A stretch of 64,000 bases of DNA, taken from contig JAGOQE010000002.1 of the NCBI GenBank assembly GCA_017991635.1, positions 100,237 to 164,236 of the forward strand, written 5' to 3'. Under the pieces are notes generated by a model. That model saw only the letters and a list, made by a program, of their open reading frames with translations, was not told where the DNA came from and made no database searches. The stretch is from Minisyncoccota bacterium (lineage in GTDB: Bacteria; Patescibacteriota; Minisyncoccia; Phycocordibacterales; Phycocordibacteraceae). Numbering within the stretch: the stretch's first letter is position 1; every line of letters starts with the position of its first letter. Shown piece by piece: positions 55,141 through 63,277 of the stretch. A program made the position numbers and the translations under genes.

Positions 55141-55848
55141 GTGACTTCCACTCCCTCTTCCAAAACGGTCCTCTTCTGGATCGCTGTCGGCGCCGCCATC
55201 TTCGTCTCGCTCTTCTCGGTTGCGACTGCGCATGCGCAGGAAGCTCCGGCCGAGGACGGTATTTCCGTCACGGCCTACGCCGATTTCGTTGGCGGTCGTG
55301 ACTTCGGTGACCAAGGCTTCAGCTTGACTGATGACCCGGTCGTCGAGTTCGGCGTCACCGCCTGTTCGGGCGCGTGGTGCGCTGACCTCTGGCGCGCCGA
55401 GTCCCTCGTCGGGAATGTCGCCGACCACGAAACTGACCTGTCCGTCATTCGCACGGACACTGTCGGGGACTTCACCGTCGAGACCAAGTTCGCATTCCTC
55501 GAGCTTGACGGTCCCGAGGTGTGGGACGTGAAGCTCACGGTCTCTCACGACCTCGGCGAGCGCTGTGAAGCGTCCGCCAGCTACGAAGTGATGTGGGCCG
55601 GCTTCAACGACCACGTCACCAAGGGCGAAGTGGCCTGCTCGTTCCCGACACCGGTCCAAGGCCTCACCGTCGACGCTTCCGGCGCTGTCGCCTACAGCAC
55701 ATGGTCGGGCTCCGTGACGCCGAGCTATCAGCTCGGCCTCGGCTACGAGCTTCGGCCGGGTCTCTCCGCCTCCCTCTACCTCAAGGGGTATGAAGGGCAA
55801 GACGACGGGAACGTCCTTCTGGGTCTCGGCATCTCGCAGACCTGGTAA
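55141..55848 (+). CDS. Exported β-rich protein (signal peptide; C-terminal aromatic residue), GC-rich and compositionally foreign
   Basis: 235 aa. Signal 'VLFWIAVGAAIFVSLFSVATAHAQEA'. Alternating hydrophobic β-strand pattern. Ends '...GLGISQTW'. G/C dominates codon third positions. Confidence 0.5.
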   Translation: MTSTPSSKTVLFWIAVGAAIFVSLFSVATAHAQEAPAEDGISVTAYADFVGGRDFGDQGFSLTDDPVVEFGVTACSGAWCADLWRAESLVGNVADHETDLSVIRTDTVGDFTVETKFAFLELDGPEVWDVKLTVSHDLGERCEASASYEVMWAGFNDHVTKGEVACSFPTPVQGLTVDASGAVAYSTWSGSVTPSYQLGLGYELRPGLSASLYLKGYEGQDDGNVLLGLGISQTW

Positions 55849-55861
55849 AGCCGCAAGGCTA

Positions 55862-55915
55862 CAAAAACAAAAAAGTCCCCCGGAAACACAGAGTGTTTCC
55901 GGGGGATGTCTTTTA
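55862..55915. terminator. Bidirectional intrinsic terminator between GC-rich gene (+) and mreB (-)
   Basis: CCCCCGGAAACAC-AGAG-TGTTTCCGGGGG flanked by A-run and T-run. Confidence 0.55.
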
Positions 55916-55919
55916 CTTT

Positions 55920-56933
55920 CTACTTCTTACTCAAAATACTCTTTTTGTATACGTCGATATGTTTTAGTGCGATACCTGTTCCGCGCGCAACACAATAGTA
56001 CGCATCCTCAGCAAGGGTGGCCTGGACACCTGTTCGTCTAAAGACAAGCTCAGGAAGGTTGCGGAGCTGAGAGGTGCCTCCTGTAAGGATAATGCCGTTA
56101 TCGATAATGTCCGAAGCAAGCTCAGGTGGAGTCTCTTGAAGCACCTTTCTAATTGCTCCCATCATTTCTCTAAGCTCACGGTTCATTGCTTGTACAACTT
56201 GGTTCGTTTTTAAATCAATGGTGCGAGGAAGACCTGACACGAGGTCCCGTCCCTTCACCTGCATGGTAAGTTCTTCTGATACTGGCACGGCTGAACCAAT
56301 ATGAATTTTGATGTCCTCAGCAGTCTTGTCGCCGATGGCGAGGTTGTACTGTTTCTTAAGAAAATCAATGATAGCGCGATCAAGTTTGTTACCTGCGCAC
56401 TTAACTGATGTTGAGGCGACGATACCGCCAAGAGAAATCACCGCAACGTCAATCGTGCCACCGCCAATGTCAGCAATCATACGTCCCATAGGTTCGTGAA
56501 TTGGAATACCAGCGCCAATAGCAGCAAGGATAGGTTCCTTTACGACAAAGGCGTCAGAGGCGCCGGCCTTTGCTGCCGCTTCAATAACGGCGCGTCGTTC
56601 TGTTGAGGTAACTCCAGCGGGCACAGAAACAAGTACGATAGGCTTCCAGATGTTGTACTTGCCGAGTGCTTTCTTCATAAAATAGCGAAGCATGGCTTCA
56701 GTTACGCGATAGTCCGCAATAACACCATCCTTCATGGGGCGGTATGCCTGAATAGAATCAGGGGTGCGTCCCACCATTGCTTTAGCTTCAACACCAATTG
56801 CAAGAACCTTGTTTGTTTCTGTTGATACGGCGACTACAGAAGGTTCGTTTAGTACGACACCCTTGCCTGGCACAAAGACCAAGACGTTAGTTGTGCCCAA
56901 ATCAATCCCGAGCTTCGGGGTAAAAAATGCCAT
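55920..56933 (-). CDS. mreB: Rod-shape-determining protein MreB
   Basis: '[14 protein letters not shown]', 'DIGGGTIDVAV' actin-fold motifs. 337 aa. Confidence 0.9.
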   Translation of the reverse strand: MAFFTPKLGIDLGTTNVLVFVPGKGVVLNEPSVVAVSTETNKVLAIGVEAKAMVGRTPDSIQAYRPMKDGVIADYRVTEAMLRYFMKKALGKYNIWKPIVLVSVPAGVTSTERRAVIEAAAKAGASDAFVVKEPILAAIGAGIPIHEPMGRMIADIGGGTIDVAVISLGGIVASTSVKCAGNKLDRAIIDFLKKQYNLAIGDKTAEDIKIHIGSAVPVSEELTMQVKGRDLVSGLPRTIDLKTNQVVQAMNRELREMMGAIRKVLQETPPELASDIIDNGIILTGGTSQLRNLPELVFRRTGVQATLAEDAYYCVARGTGIALKHIDVYKKSILSKK

Positions 56934-56964
56934 CGTCCCTGTATCATAGCGCGCCTTATGCTTT

Positions 56965-57016
56965 GGTACAAAAAATGGCCCCGAGTCCTTCTCACCTAGG
57001 TGAGGGACTCGGGGCC
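56965..57016 (-). terminator. Intrinsic terminator of the GC-rich two-gene operon
   Basis: GGCCCCGAGTCC...GGACTCGGGGCC long hairpin + ATTTTTTG. Confidence 0.5.
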
Positions 57017-57050
57017 ACCGTGCTCTAAGCTCCTGCCCGAGGGCTAGCGC

Positions 57051-57692
57051 TTAGTCGCGTTTGGGGAGAGGCGGAGGCGCGAGCGCTTCCATCTCCCCGG
57101 TCTCGTACGCCCGTTTGGCGTCCGCGATCAGGACGATCTGGTACATCTTCTCGAGCGCCTCGGGGCCGGTGAACCTCGTGGTCCCGATGCGAGCGACCAG
57201 GTCATCCGACGGATAGAAGTTGCCGAGCACGATACGCTCGAGGATGCCGGACTTGCGCCAGGTGTCATAGCTCCGGAGCATGTCCAGGAGCTTGTTCTGG
57301 TCGTCCTTGTATTCGGCACGCCCGGCCTGGATGATGTCGATGATCTTGTCATAGACATCGAGACCATTCGTGGTCGGGTAGGCTTCCGAAATCGCGTTCA
57401 TCAGCGAACCGTTCTGGCCGAAACCACCTTCGCCATAGCGACCCTTCACTGCGTCGACCAGCACTCGGTCGAGTTGTTCAGCCTTGCGGTCGGCGATGCC
57501 GAGCGTTTCGCGGTAGGTCGAGATGAAGGTCGAGAGCGTGTTCTGGTTGCTCTGGTACTGGGTCGAAAGCTGAATTTCGCGACGAACGGCTTCCCGTTGG
57601 ATGCCGTTAGCCATGCCCCAGAGGGTGAATCCGCCCACCACAAGGGCGGCAACGATGCCGAGCAGTACGGCGTTTTTCTTCAGGAATTCCAT
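57051..57692 (-). CDS. Membrane-anchored protein, tentatively LemA-like; GC-rich
   Basis: 213 aa. N-terminal TM. 'LVDAVKGRYGEGG' and 'EAYPTTNGL' blocks loosely resemble LemA. High GC3. Confidence 0.35.
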   Translation of the reverse strand: MEFLKKNAVLLGIVAALVVGGFTLWGMANGIQREAVRREIQLSTQYQSNQNTLSTFISTYRETLGIADRKAEQLDRVLVDAVKGRYGEGGFGQNGSLMNAISEAYPTTNGLDVYDKIIDIIQAGRAEYKDDQNKLLDMLRSYDTWRKSGILERIVLGNFYPSDDLVARIGTTRFTGPEALEKMYQIVLIADAKRAYETGEMEALAPPPLPKRD

Positions 57693-59128
57693 CGGTTGCT
57701 ATCTCCTTTAGCGTTAAACCAATCATTGAATGCAATCACGGCGAATGCCGCGACTGATAGCAAGATAACGAAGAACAGAATGAGAACTTTTTGACCGGTG
57801 GTCAGTTGCACCTCGCCCTTGAGGTACGAGAAGCCACTTCCCACATCATTCTCGTCCTTCGCTTCCATACTCACTCTACTGAATCGTGTCTGTCGATTAC
57901 TCACTCCCCACAGGACATCTGTGAAGACACCAGGAGCGCGTACTGATGTGGCACGATATCGGCCACCCGCTTGCGCGGGTCGACCGGTCACCGTACCTAC
58001 AACTGCTTCTGGAGTAAATGGCACTGTATGTACTGCCCGAAGGCGACTTGCGAGAGCGATGACAAGCGCTTTGTTACCCGTTGGCATGCCGGTAAAGGCA
58101 CGCGCATAAGACACTACCCGACCATCATCAGAACCGACGATGATAACGAGCGTGTTTTTCGGAAGCGCAGTTTTCTTGAAGAGCTCCTTGTTCTGCCAGT
58201 GTGCCTCGAGGGCGAACCGGTATCGGTCAGGGTTTGCATTAATGCGCGCATTGCACGAGAGGACAAGACGAACATCGCCTTGAAGCTCGCTCCCGAAGGC
58301 AGCGTTGAGCTTCTCGACGTATTCATTCCATCGCTCCTGCGTGCCTCGTGGACACCCAATCGCATGAACCTTCTCGGAGCGGTAAAAGAAACCGTCTCTG
58401 ATGCTTGATGTGATGGGTGGCAGGAGACGAAGTGCACGATACTCTTCCGCCGCCTCACGGTAGCGTCTGAGAATCGTGTAGTCACTCGCAAGCACAAAGT
58501 TATTGTAGGAATGCACCTGCGTCACCGGCCAGGGGTTCCCCTGGCGAAGACGTAGCTTGGCGCGCGACCAGAATTCGGGTTCACCGACTCCAGCACTCTC
58601 GATAACGCTTTGCGGAATTCTCCGCGAGCGATACCGATGAGATTGCGGATTCTCGGGGAAACGACCATGGTCAATCGTGTACGGGCCGAGCGTAGTCTCG
58701 ACGATGTACGCGTACTCGGCATCGACCCACGGGCAACTGTGATAGCGCGTTTCCGAGCGATAACAGGTTCGTGGATGCTTTGAGTCGCCACACGAGTAAG
58801 GGACCTGCACGATGTAGGGGTCGCAGTTATAGTGGTGATTGCACGAGCCGTCGCGGTGACAGATAGTTTCCTCAACACGCACATCTGCTTCCCAACCATT
58901 CCAGAATTCGCGGAAGGTAACGTTATCCTTCTTCGCAAGCGCCGTTCCCGACCAGGCCGTAAGCGGGGCAACGAAAAGCGTAATGACGGTCGAAGCCACC
59001 ATCCACTCTTTCCAGGTCACCTCCTCCGGACCCTTGATGCGATCGATTAAGAGTTTGGTCAGAGCACCCGTGCCGCAAAGCACGAGCACTGCAATAAAGA
59101 CCCAGAGCCAAATGGGCATACTGCTCAC
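57680..59128 (-). CDS. Cys-rich membrane protein with N- and C-terminal TM helices, unknown function; GC-rich
   Basis: 482 aa. 'CHRDGSCNHHYNCDPY...YSCGDSKHPRTCY...HSCPW' cysteine cluster. Overlaps the downstream gene by 13 nt (operon). Confidence 0.4.
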   Translation of the reverse strand: MSSMPIWLWVFIAVLVLCGTGALTKLLIDRIKGPEEVTWKEWMVASTVITLFVAPLTAWSGTALAKKDNVTFREFWNGWEADVRVEETICHRDGSCNHHYNCDPYIVQVPYSCGDSKHPRTCYRSETRYHSCPWVDAEYAYIVETTLGPYTIDHGRFPENPQSHRYRSRRIPQSVIESAGVGEPEFWSRAKLRLRQGNPWPVTQVHSYNNFVLASDYTILRRYREAAEEYRALRLLPPITSSIRDGFFYRSEKVHAIGCPRGTQERWNEYVEKLNAAFGSELQGDVRLVLSCNARINANPDRYRFALEAHWQNKELFKKTALPKNTLVIIVGSDDGRVVSYARAFTGMPTGNKALVIALASRLRAVHTVPFTPEAVVGTVTGRPAQAGGRYRATSVRAPGVFTDVLWGVSNRQTRFSRVSMEAKDENDVGSGFSYLKGEVQLTTGQKVLILFFVILLSVAAFAVIAFNDWFNAKGDSNRWNS

Positions 59129-59242
59129 CTCCTTTCGAGGCTTGACGTCAATGTTCTACCGTGTTGAAAAATAACACGCAAAGGCTGAAAGTCAATTGTG
59201 GTGCTGGTCAATCTTGCCGATACAGTCTGCTACAATGCGCGT

Positions 59243-60559
59243 ATGAAATTGAAGGAAGAGTTGAACTTCGTGGTCACGGGAGGAAATCCGCTTAGAGGCA
59301 CGGTGGTCACGAATCGTTCAAAGAATGGTGCCGTTGCCCTCCTTGCCGCTTCTCTTCTAAATAAGGGAACTACAACACTACTTAATGTTCCTAAAATTGA
59401 AGAAGTGAATCGTCTAATTGAAGTACTCGAGTCAATCGGTGTTTCCTGTGTATGGAATGGCAAGGCACTCACCATAACTCCTCCAGAGACCATCGCCCTT
59501 GATGCTATTGATACTGTTTCAGCAAAGCGCACACGGAGCATCTTGATGTTTATTGGTCCCCTCTTGCACCACTTCAAGACATTCTCCATTCCACAATCTG
59601 GCGGATGTAATTTTGGTGCACGCACCGTACGTCCTCACCTGTGGGCGCTTGAGCGCTTTGGAGTTTCAATTGAAACACTGACGGATAGCTTTACGGTTTC
59701 CCATGATGGTCTTACACCCTCGACCATAGTGCTTCACGAATCAAGCGACACCGCAACTGAAAATGCTCTTTTTGCTGCTGCGCGTATTCCCGGCACCTCT
59801 GTTATTAAGTACGCTTCAGCGAACTATCAGGTGCAGGAAGTGTGCGGATTCCTACGTGACTTGGGTGTTGTGATTGACGGCATTGGTACTACAACACTCA
59901 CCGTGCACGGTATCGCAGAAATTAATACAGACATTTCATACACCGTTGGCGAGGACCCTATTGATGCCATGTTCTTTCTCGCTGCAGGTATTGCGACAAA
60001 GTCCTCACTCACTATTGCAAAGGCGCCTATTGAATTTCTTGAACTTGAGCTCGCCGTTTTGGAAAAGATGGGATTGAAGTTCTCTGTAACTCCTGTAGGA
60101 GTGTCCGAGAACGGTATTACAAAGCTTGCAGACATACACATTGAGCCGTCAGAGCTCACTGCGTATCCCGAGAAAATTCACGCTCGCCCGTACCCTGGTC
60201 TCAACATTGATAACCTTCCATTCTTTGCCGTCATTGCTACTCAAGCAGAGGGGACGACCTTGATTCACGACTGGACCTTTGAGAAGCGTGCCATTTATTA
60301 CACAGAGCTCGACCGATTGGGAGCCGACACGGTCCTTATGGATCCACACCGTATTCAAATTCACGGTCCAACACACTTGCGAGGTGCTCAAGTCGTCTCT
60401 CCTCCTGCTCTTCGTCCTGCAACAATTCTTCTTATTGGCATGCTTGCTGCAGAGGGAACGTCAATTTTGCGTAATGTGTACTCTATTAATAGAGGATACG
60501 AAGACCTTGTTGAGCGGTTGAATGCTCTTGGCGCACAAGTGCAAGCACACACGGGCTAG
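59243..60559 (+). CDS. murA: UDP-N-acetylglucosamine 1-carboxyvinyltransferase
   Basis: EPSP-synthase fold. 'GGCNFGARTVRPHL' (compare MurA GGCxIGARPVDLH). About 439 aa from MKLKEELNF. Confidence 0.9.
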   Translation: MKLKEELNFVVTGGNPLRGTVVTNRSKNGAVALLAASLLNKGTTTLLNVPKIEEVNRLIEVLESIGVSCVWNGKALTITPPETIALDAIDTVSAKRTRSILMFIGPLLHHFKTFSIPQSGGCNFGARTVRPHLWALERFGVSIETLTDSFTVSHDGLTPSTIVLHESSDTATENALFAAARIPGTSVIKYASANYQVQEVCGFLRDLGVVIDGIGTTTLTVHGIAEINTDISYTVGEDPIDAMFFLAAGIATKSSLTIAKAPIEFLELELAVLEKMGLKFSVTPVGVSENGITKLADIHIEPSELTAYPEKIHARPYPGLNIDNLPFFAVIATQAEGTTLIHDWTFEKRAIYYTELDRLGADTVLMDPHRIQIHGPTHLRGAQVVSPPALRPATILLIGMLAAEGTSILRNVYSINRGYEDLVERLNALGAQVQAHTG

Positions 60560-60600
60560 GTCAGAGCATCTCTACATCAAACACGGTATGCTAGGAGCAT

Positions 60601-62373
60601 ATGTACGTGCTTCAAGTCGTTCCACTTTCTCCTACTGCACCTGTATCGTCTCTTACCTATAGGAGTACGGTTGCCTTTCCTCGTGGCGCACTAGTTTCTG
60701 TACCGCTACGCAAAAGCACCGTTATTGGTGTCGTGCTCGAGTCACTTTCCGTGCGTGAAGCAAAGTCACTCATCAAGCAAGCAACGTTTGAGCTCAAGAA
60801 AAGTGACGTGGTAGCCCTGGGTGTCCTTGAGGAGGAATTGCTCGCCCTACTTGAAGTTGAGGCGATGCGCTCTGGTGCCTCACTTGGGAGCGTTATGCGG
60901 TTACTTATTCGTGAGAATCACCTTTCCTTTGCGCAAAACTCAGAGAAGTCCTCTGCTCTGTTTTCTGAAGAATATTGTGAAGAGACATTGCCTGAGCGCT
61001 TTCTTAAGTATCAAGAGCTCATTGAGAAAACTTCAGGTGTCACACTCTTAGTGGTTCCGTCACGAGTTGAGGTGGCATATGCAAAGTCCCACTTCAAGGC
61101 ATGGAAGCCGTACGTTGTGAATGCAAAGACAGGAGAACTACCTTCTGACGTGCGTCTCATCATTGCAACACCAGGTGAAGCGTTCATTCCTCATCCACTT
61201 CTCTCACTCATTATTCTTGAACGGGTGAGTGCGGGAAGTTACAAACTTCTTAAACGGCCCTTCCTTGATACGCGAGCGTTTCTTAAGGTTCTTGCGAAGG
61301 CACAGCACGCAACATTTGTTCTCGGTGACTTTCCAATTCCTCTTGAGTTACGCCCTGTTCCTGAGAGCGCTCTTACGAGCAACCATCTTTTCCCTACTGA
61401 GGTTATTAACCCGACTCTGGAAGAAGCGCAAAGTATTTTTAAACCACTCACTGACTCAGTCCAGAGAAGCATGCACCCCGTGCTTGATGGCGGAAGTGCT
61501 GTCGTAGTCCTTGGAAGCAGGAAGGGGTACGCGCCTGGTGTCGTGTGTAGAGATTGCGGTATGCCTGTTGTGGACGAATTTGGAAGACGACTTGTGTTTA
61601 GTGTGCGTGGTGGTGTCCGCGTACTTAAAAGCGCTGATGGAAGTTTGGTCCTGTCGGCGAAGCGTGTGTGTGATACGTGTGGGAGTTGGAACTTGATGCC
61701 AGTTGGTCTTGGTGTTGAGCAATTAGAGGAATACTGCCGGAAGCAATTCCCTAATGCACGCACCGTACTCGTTGACCCATCAAGGGCGAGAAGTTTGAAA
61801 GAGGTAAAGGTGGCACTCTCTGAAGGAGGCACCATTCTGGTGGGAACAGAATCAATGCTTGCCCTCTTGCCCTCACTCTTTAAACGAGGTGATTTGCCTC
61901 TTGCTGTTGTTGCGTCTATGGACTCGCTCCTCTCAGTTCCCTTTTGGAGAGCGCGCGAGCGTTTCGTCCGCAACCTCTTGCTTTTACGCACCTTCGCAAA
62001 GAAGACGCTTCTAACTTCACGAAAGAAAGAAGACACGGTACTCACCTGTGCGCTTGATACAATTCCCAAAGCGTTTTTCGAAGAAGAAGCGTCACTACGA
62101 AAAGCACTTCACTTCCCACCCTACGGCACACTAGTGCTTATTGAGTGTGTGGGAAGTGAAGAACGTTCTCTAAAGGAAATCACCCTCCTCTCGGAGAGCT
62201 TGCAGAAGTACGAGCCTTCTCTTCTATCCTCAAGAAGGACTAAGACAGGCACGCGAAGTGCACTTATTCTCCACATACATGATGTAAAGGATGTGGGCGA
62301 GGCTATGGCGTCAATTTTGGCAGTACTGCCTTCCTATATGGCCGTGCATGTTGACCCCGAAACCTTTTGGTGA
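60601..62373 (+). CDS. priA: Primosomal protein N' (PriA)-like, helicase Walker A motif absent
   Basis: N-terminal 3'-DNA-binding domain 'LQVVPLSP...LTYRSTVAFPRGALVSVPLRKSTVIGVV'. PriA Cys4 zinc-binding insertion 'CRDCG...CDTCGSWNL'. No GxGKT. Confidence 0.55.
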   Translation: MYVLQVVPLSPTAPVSSLTYRSTVAFPRGALVSVPLRKSTVIGVVLESLSVREAKSLIKQATFELKKSDVVALGVLEEELLALLEVEAMRSGASLGSVMRLLIRENHLSFAQNSEKSSALFSEEYCEETLPERFLKYQELIEKTSGVTLLVVPSRVEVAYAKSHFKAWKPYVVNAKTGELPSDVRLIIATPGEAFIPHPLLSLIILERVSAGSYKLLKRPFLDTRAFLKVLAKAQHATFVLGDFPIPLELRPVPESALTSNHLFPTEVINPTLEEAQSIFKPLTDSVQRSMHPVLDGGSAVVVLGSRKGYAPGVVCRDCGMPVVDEFGRRLVFSVRGGVRVLKSADGSLVLSAKRVCDTCGSWNLMPVGLGVEQLEEYCRKQFPNARTVLVDPSRARSLKEVKVALSEGGTILVGTESMLALLPSLFKRGDLPLAVVASMDSLLSVPFWRARERFVRNLLLLRTFAKKTLLTSRKKEDTVLTCALDTIPKAFFEEEASLRKALHFPPYGTLVLIECVGSEERSLKEITLLSESLQKYEPSLLSSRRTKTGTRSALILHIHDVKDVGEAMASILAVLPSYMAVHVDPETFW

Positions 62374-62752
62374 TATAATATATACAAGGGTGTGTGTCTG
62401 ATGGTATTCTCCGCGGCCAAAAGGCTCACTGGCGCGTGTAAACGTTGCCGGAGAGGAAGTCGCGGTGGTAAACGGCTCCTCTCCCCCTCGTTCTTTCCGT
62501 TACCCGTCGTCTCTGCGTTACTTGAGCGACGGGCGAGCCTGAGCTTCTGAGCTGATTTTTCCGTTTCTCTTTTATTGAGAAGTAGAAAATACCAGCTTAA
62601 AGCTTGGACTCCCCACACTGTCTCCGCGAGTACTCGCGTAGCGCCCTCTGGTGAATAGGTCGGACCTCACCATTGCTGGCTTGCTCCTTGCGGAGACAGT
62701 GTGCCCGGTCTTGCAACACTCGTGTTTGCAAGACTATTTTTTTTATATATAG
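62374..62752 (+). ncRNA. Candidate structured non-coding RNA (unknown class) with -10 box and intrinsic terminator
   Basis: No ORF of 60 aa or more. TATAAT at 62375-80. Several strong helices: GGAGAGGA/UCCUCUCC, CCCGUCG/CGACGGG, and a 15-bp long-range stem CACACUGUCUCCGCG...GCGGAGACAGUGUG. Terminator GUCUUGCAAACACUCGUGUUUGCAAGAC+U9 at 62708-62745. Confidence 0.3.
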
Positions 62753-62761
62753 TCAAGTCAT

Positions 62762-63277
62762 ATGAAGGCAATTGTGCAAGACGGAGACCCCGTACTACGA
62801 GAGATTGCAAAACCTGTTCCTGAGGAGATGTTTTCAACCATTGAGTTGGCTCAAATTCTTAAAGATATGGAAGATGCACTTGATCGAGAACCTGATGGTG
62901 TAGCGATTGCCGCTCCACAGATAGGCGTGTCCTATCGCATTTTTCTTGTGCGTCATGACCGCATGGTTATGACACCTGACGGTAAGCCACTACCTCCTGA
63001 CACTGGTGTGTTCATTAACCCTGAAATCGTCAGTACTTCACGAAGGCGTGAAGAAATGCCCGAAGGCTGTCTCTCAGTACGTGGCGTATACGGCACTACC
63101 TATCGTCACGAAAAGGCTACTGTGCGTGCACGCAGGTATGAAGGCGAGGTGGTTGTGCGAGGCGCCGGCGGAATTCTTGCACAGGCCTTTCAGCACGAAA
63201 TTGACCACCTAGACGGTATGCTGTTTATTGACCATGCCGTTGACCTCCACCACCAAACACCACCAACCAATGCCTAA
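62762..63277 (+). CDS. def: Peptide deformylase
   Basis: 'GVAIAAPQIGVSYRIF', 'EGCLSV', 'QHEIDHLDG' motifs. Confidence 0.9.
   Translation: MKAIVQDGDPVLREIAKPVPEEMFSTIELAQILKDMEDALDREPDGVAIAAPQIGVSYRIFLVRHDRMVMTPDGKPLPPDTGVFINPEIVSTSRRREEMPEGCLSVRGVYGTTYRHEKATVRARRYEGEVVVRGAGGILAQAFQHEIDHLDGMLFIDHAVDLHHQTPPTNA

Noticed and set aside
58522-59111. Several 60-150-aa ORFs on both strands inside 57680..59128
   Set aside because: Arg/Pro-rich wrong-frame products from the GC-rich region. The 482-aa frame has TM helices and operon coupling.
61239-62069. 276-aa minus-strand ORF inside the priA-like gene
   Set aside because: Ser/Arg/Thr-rich nonsense-like translation, antisense to a gene with clear PriA motifs.
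62374-62752. Assignment of the intergenic RNA to SRP RNA, RNase P RNA, tmRNA or a T-box
   Set aside because: Hallmark motifs (SRP GGAAGCAGCC; RNase P P4 AGGAAAGUCCGGGCUC; tmRNA tRNA-like 3' end GGUUCGAUUCC; T-box AGGGUGGNACCGCG) were not found by eye, so the class is left open.
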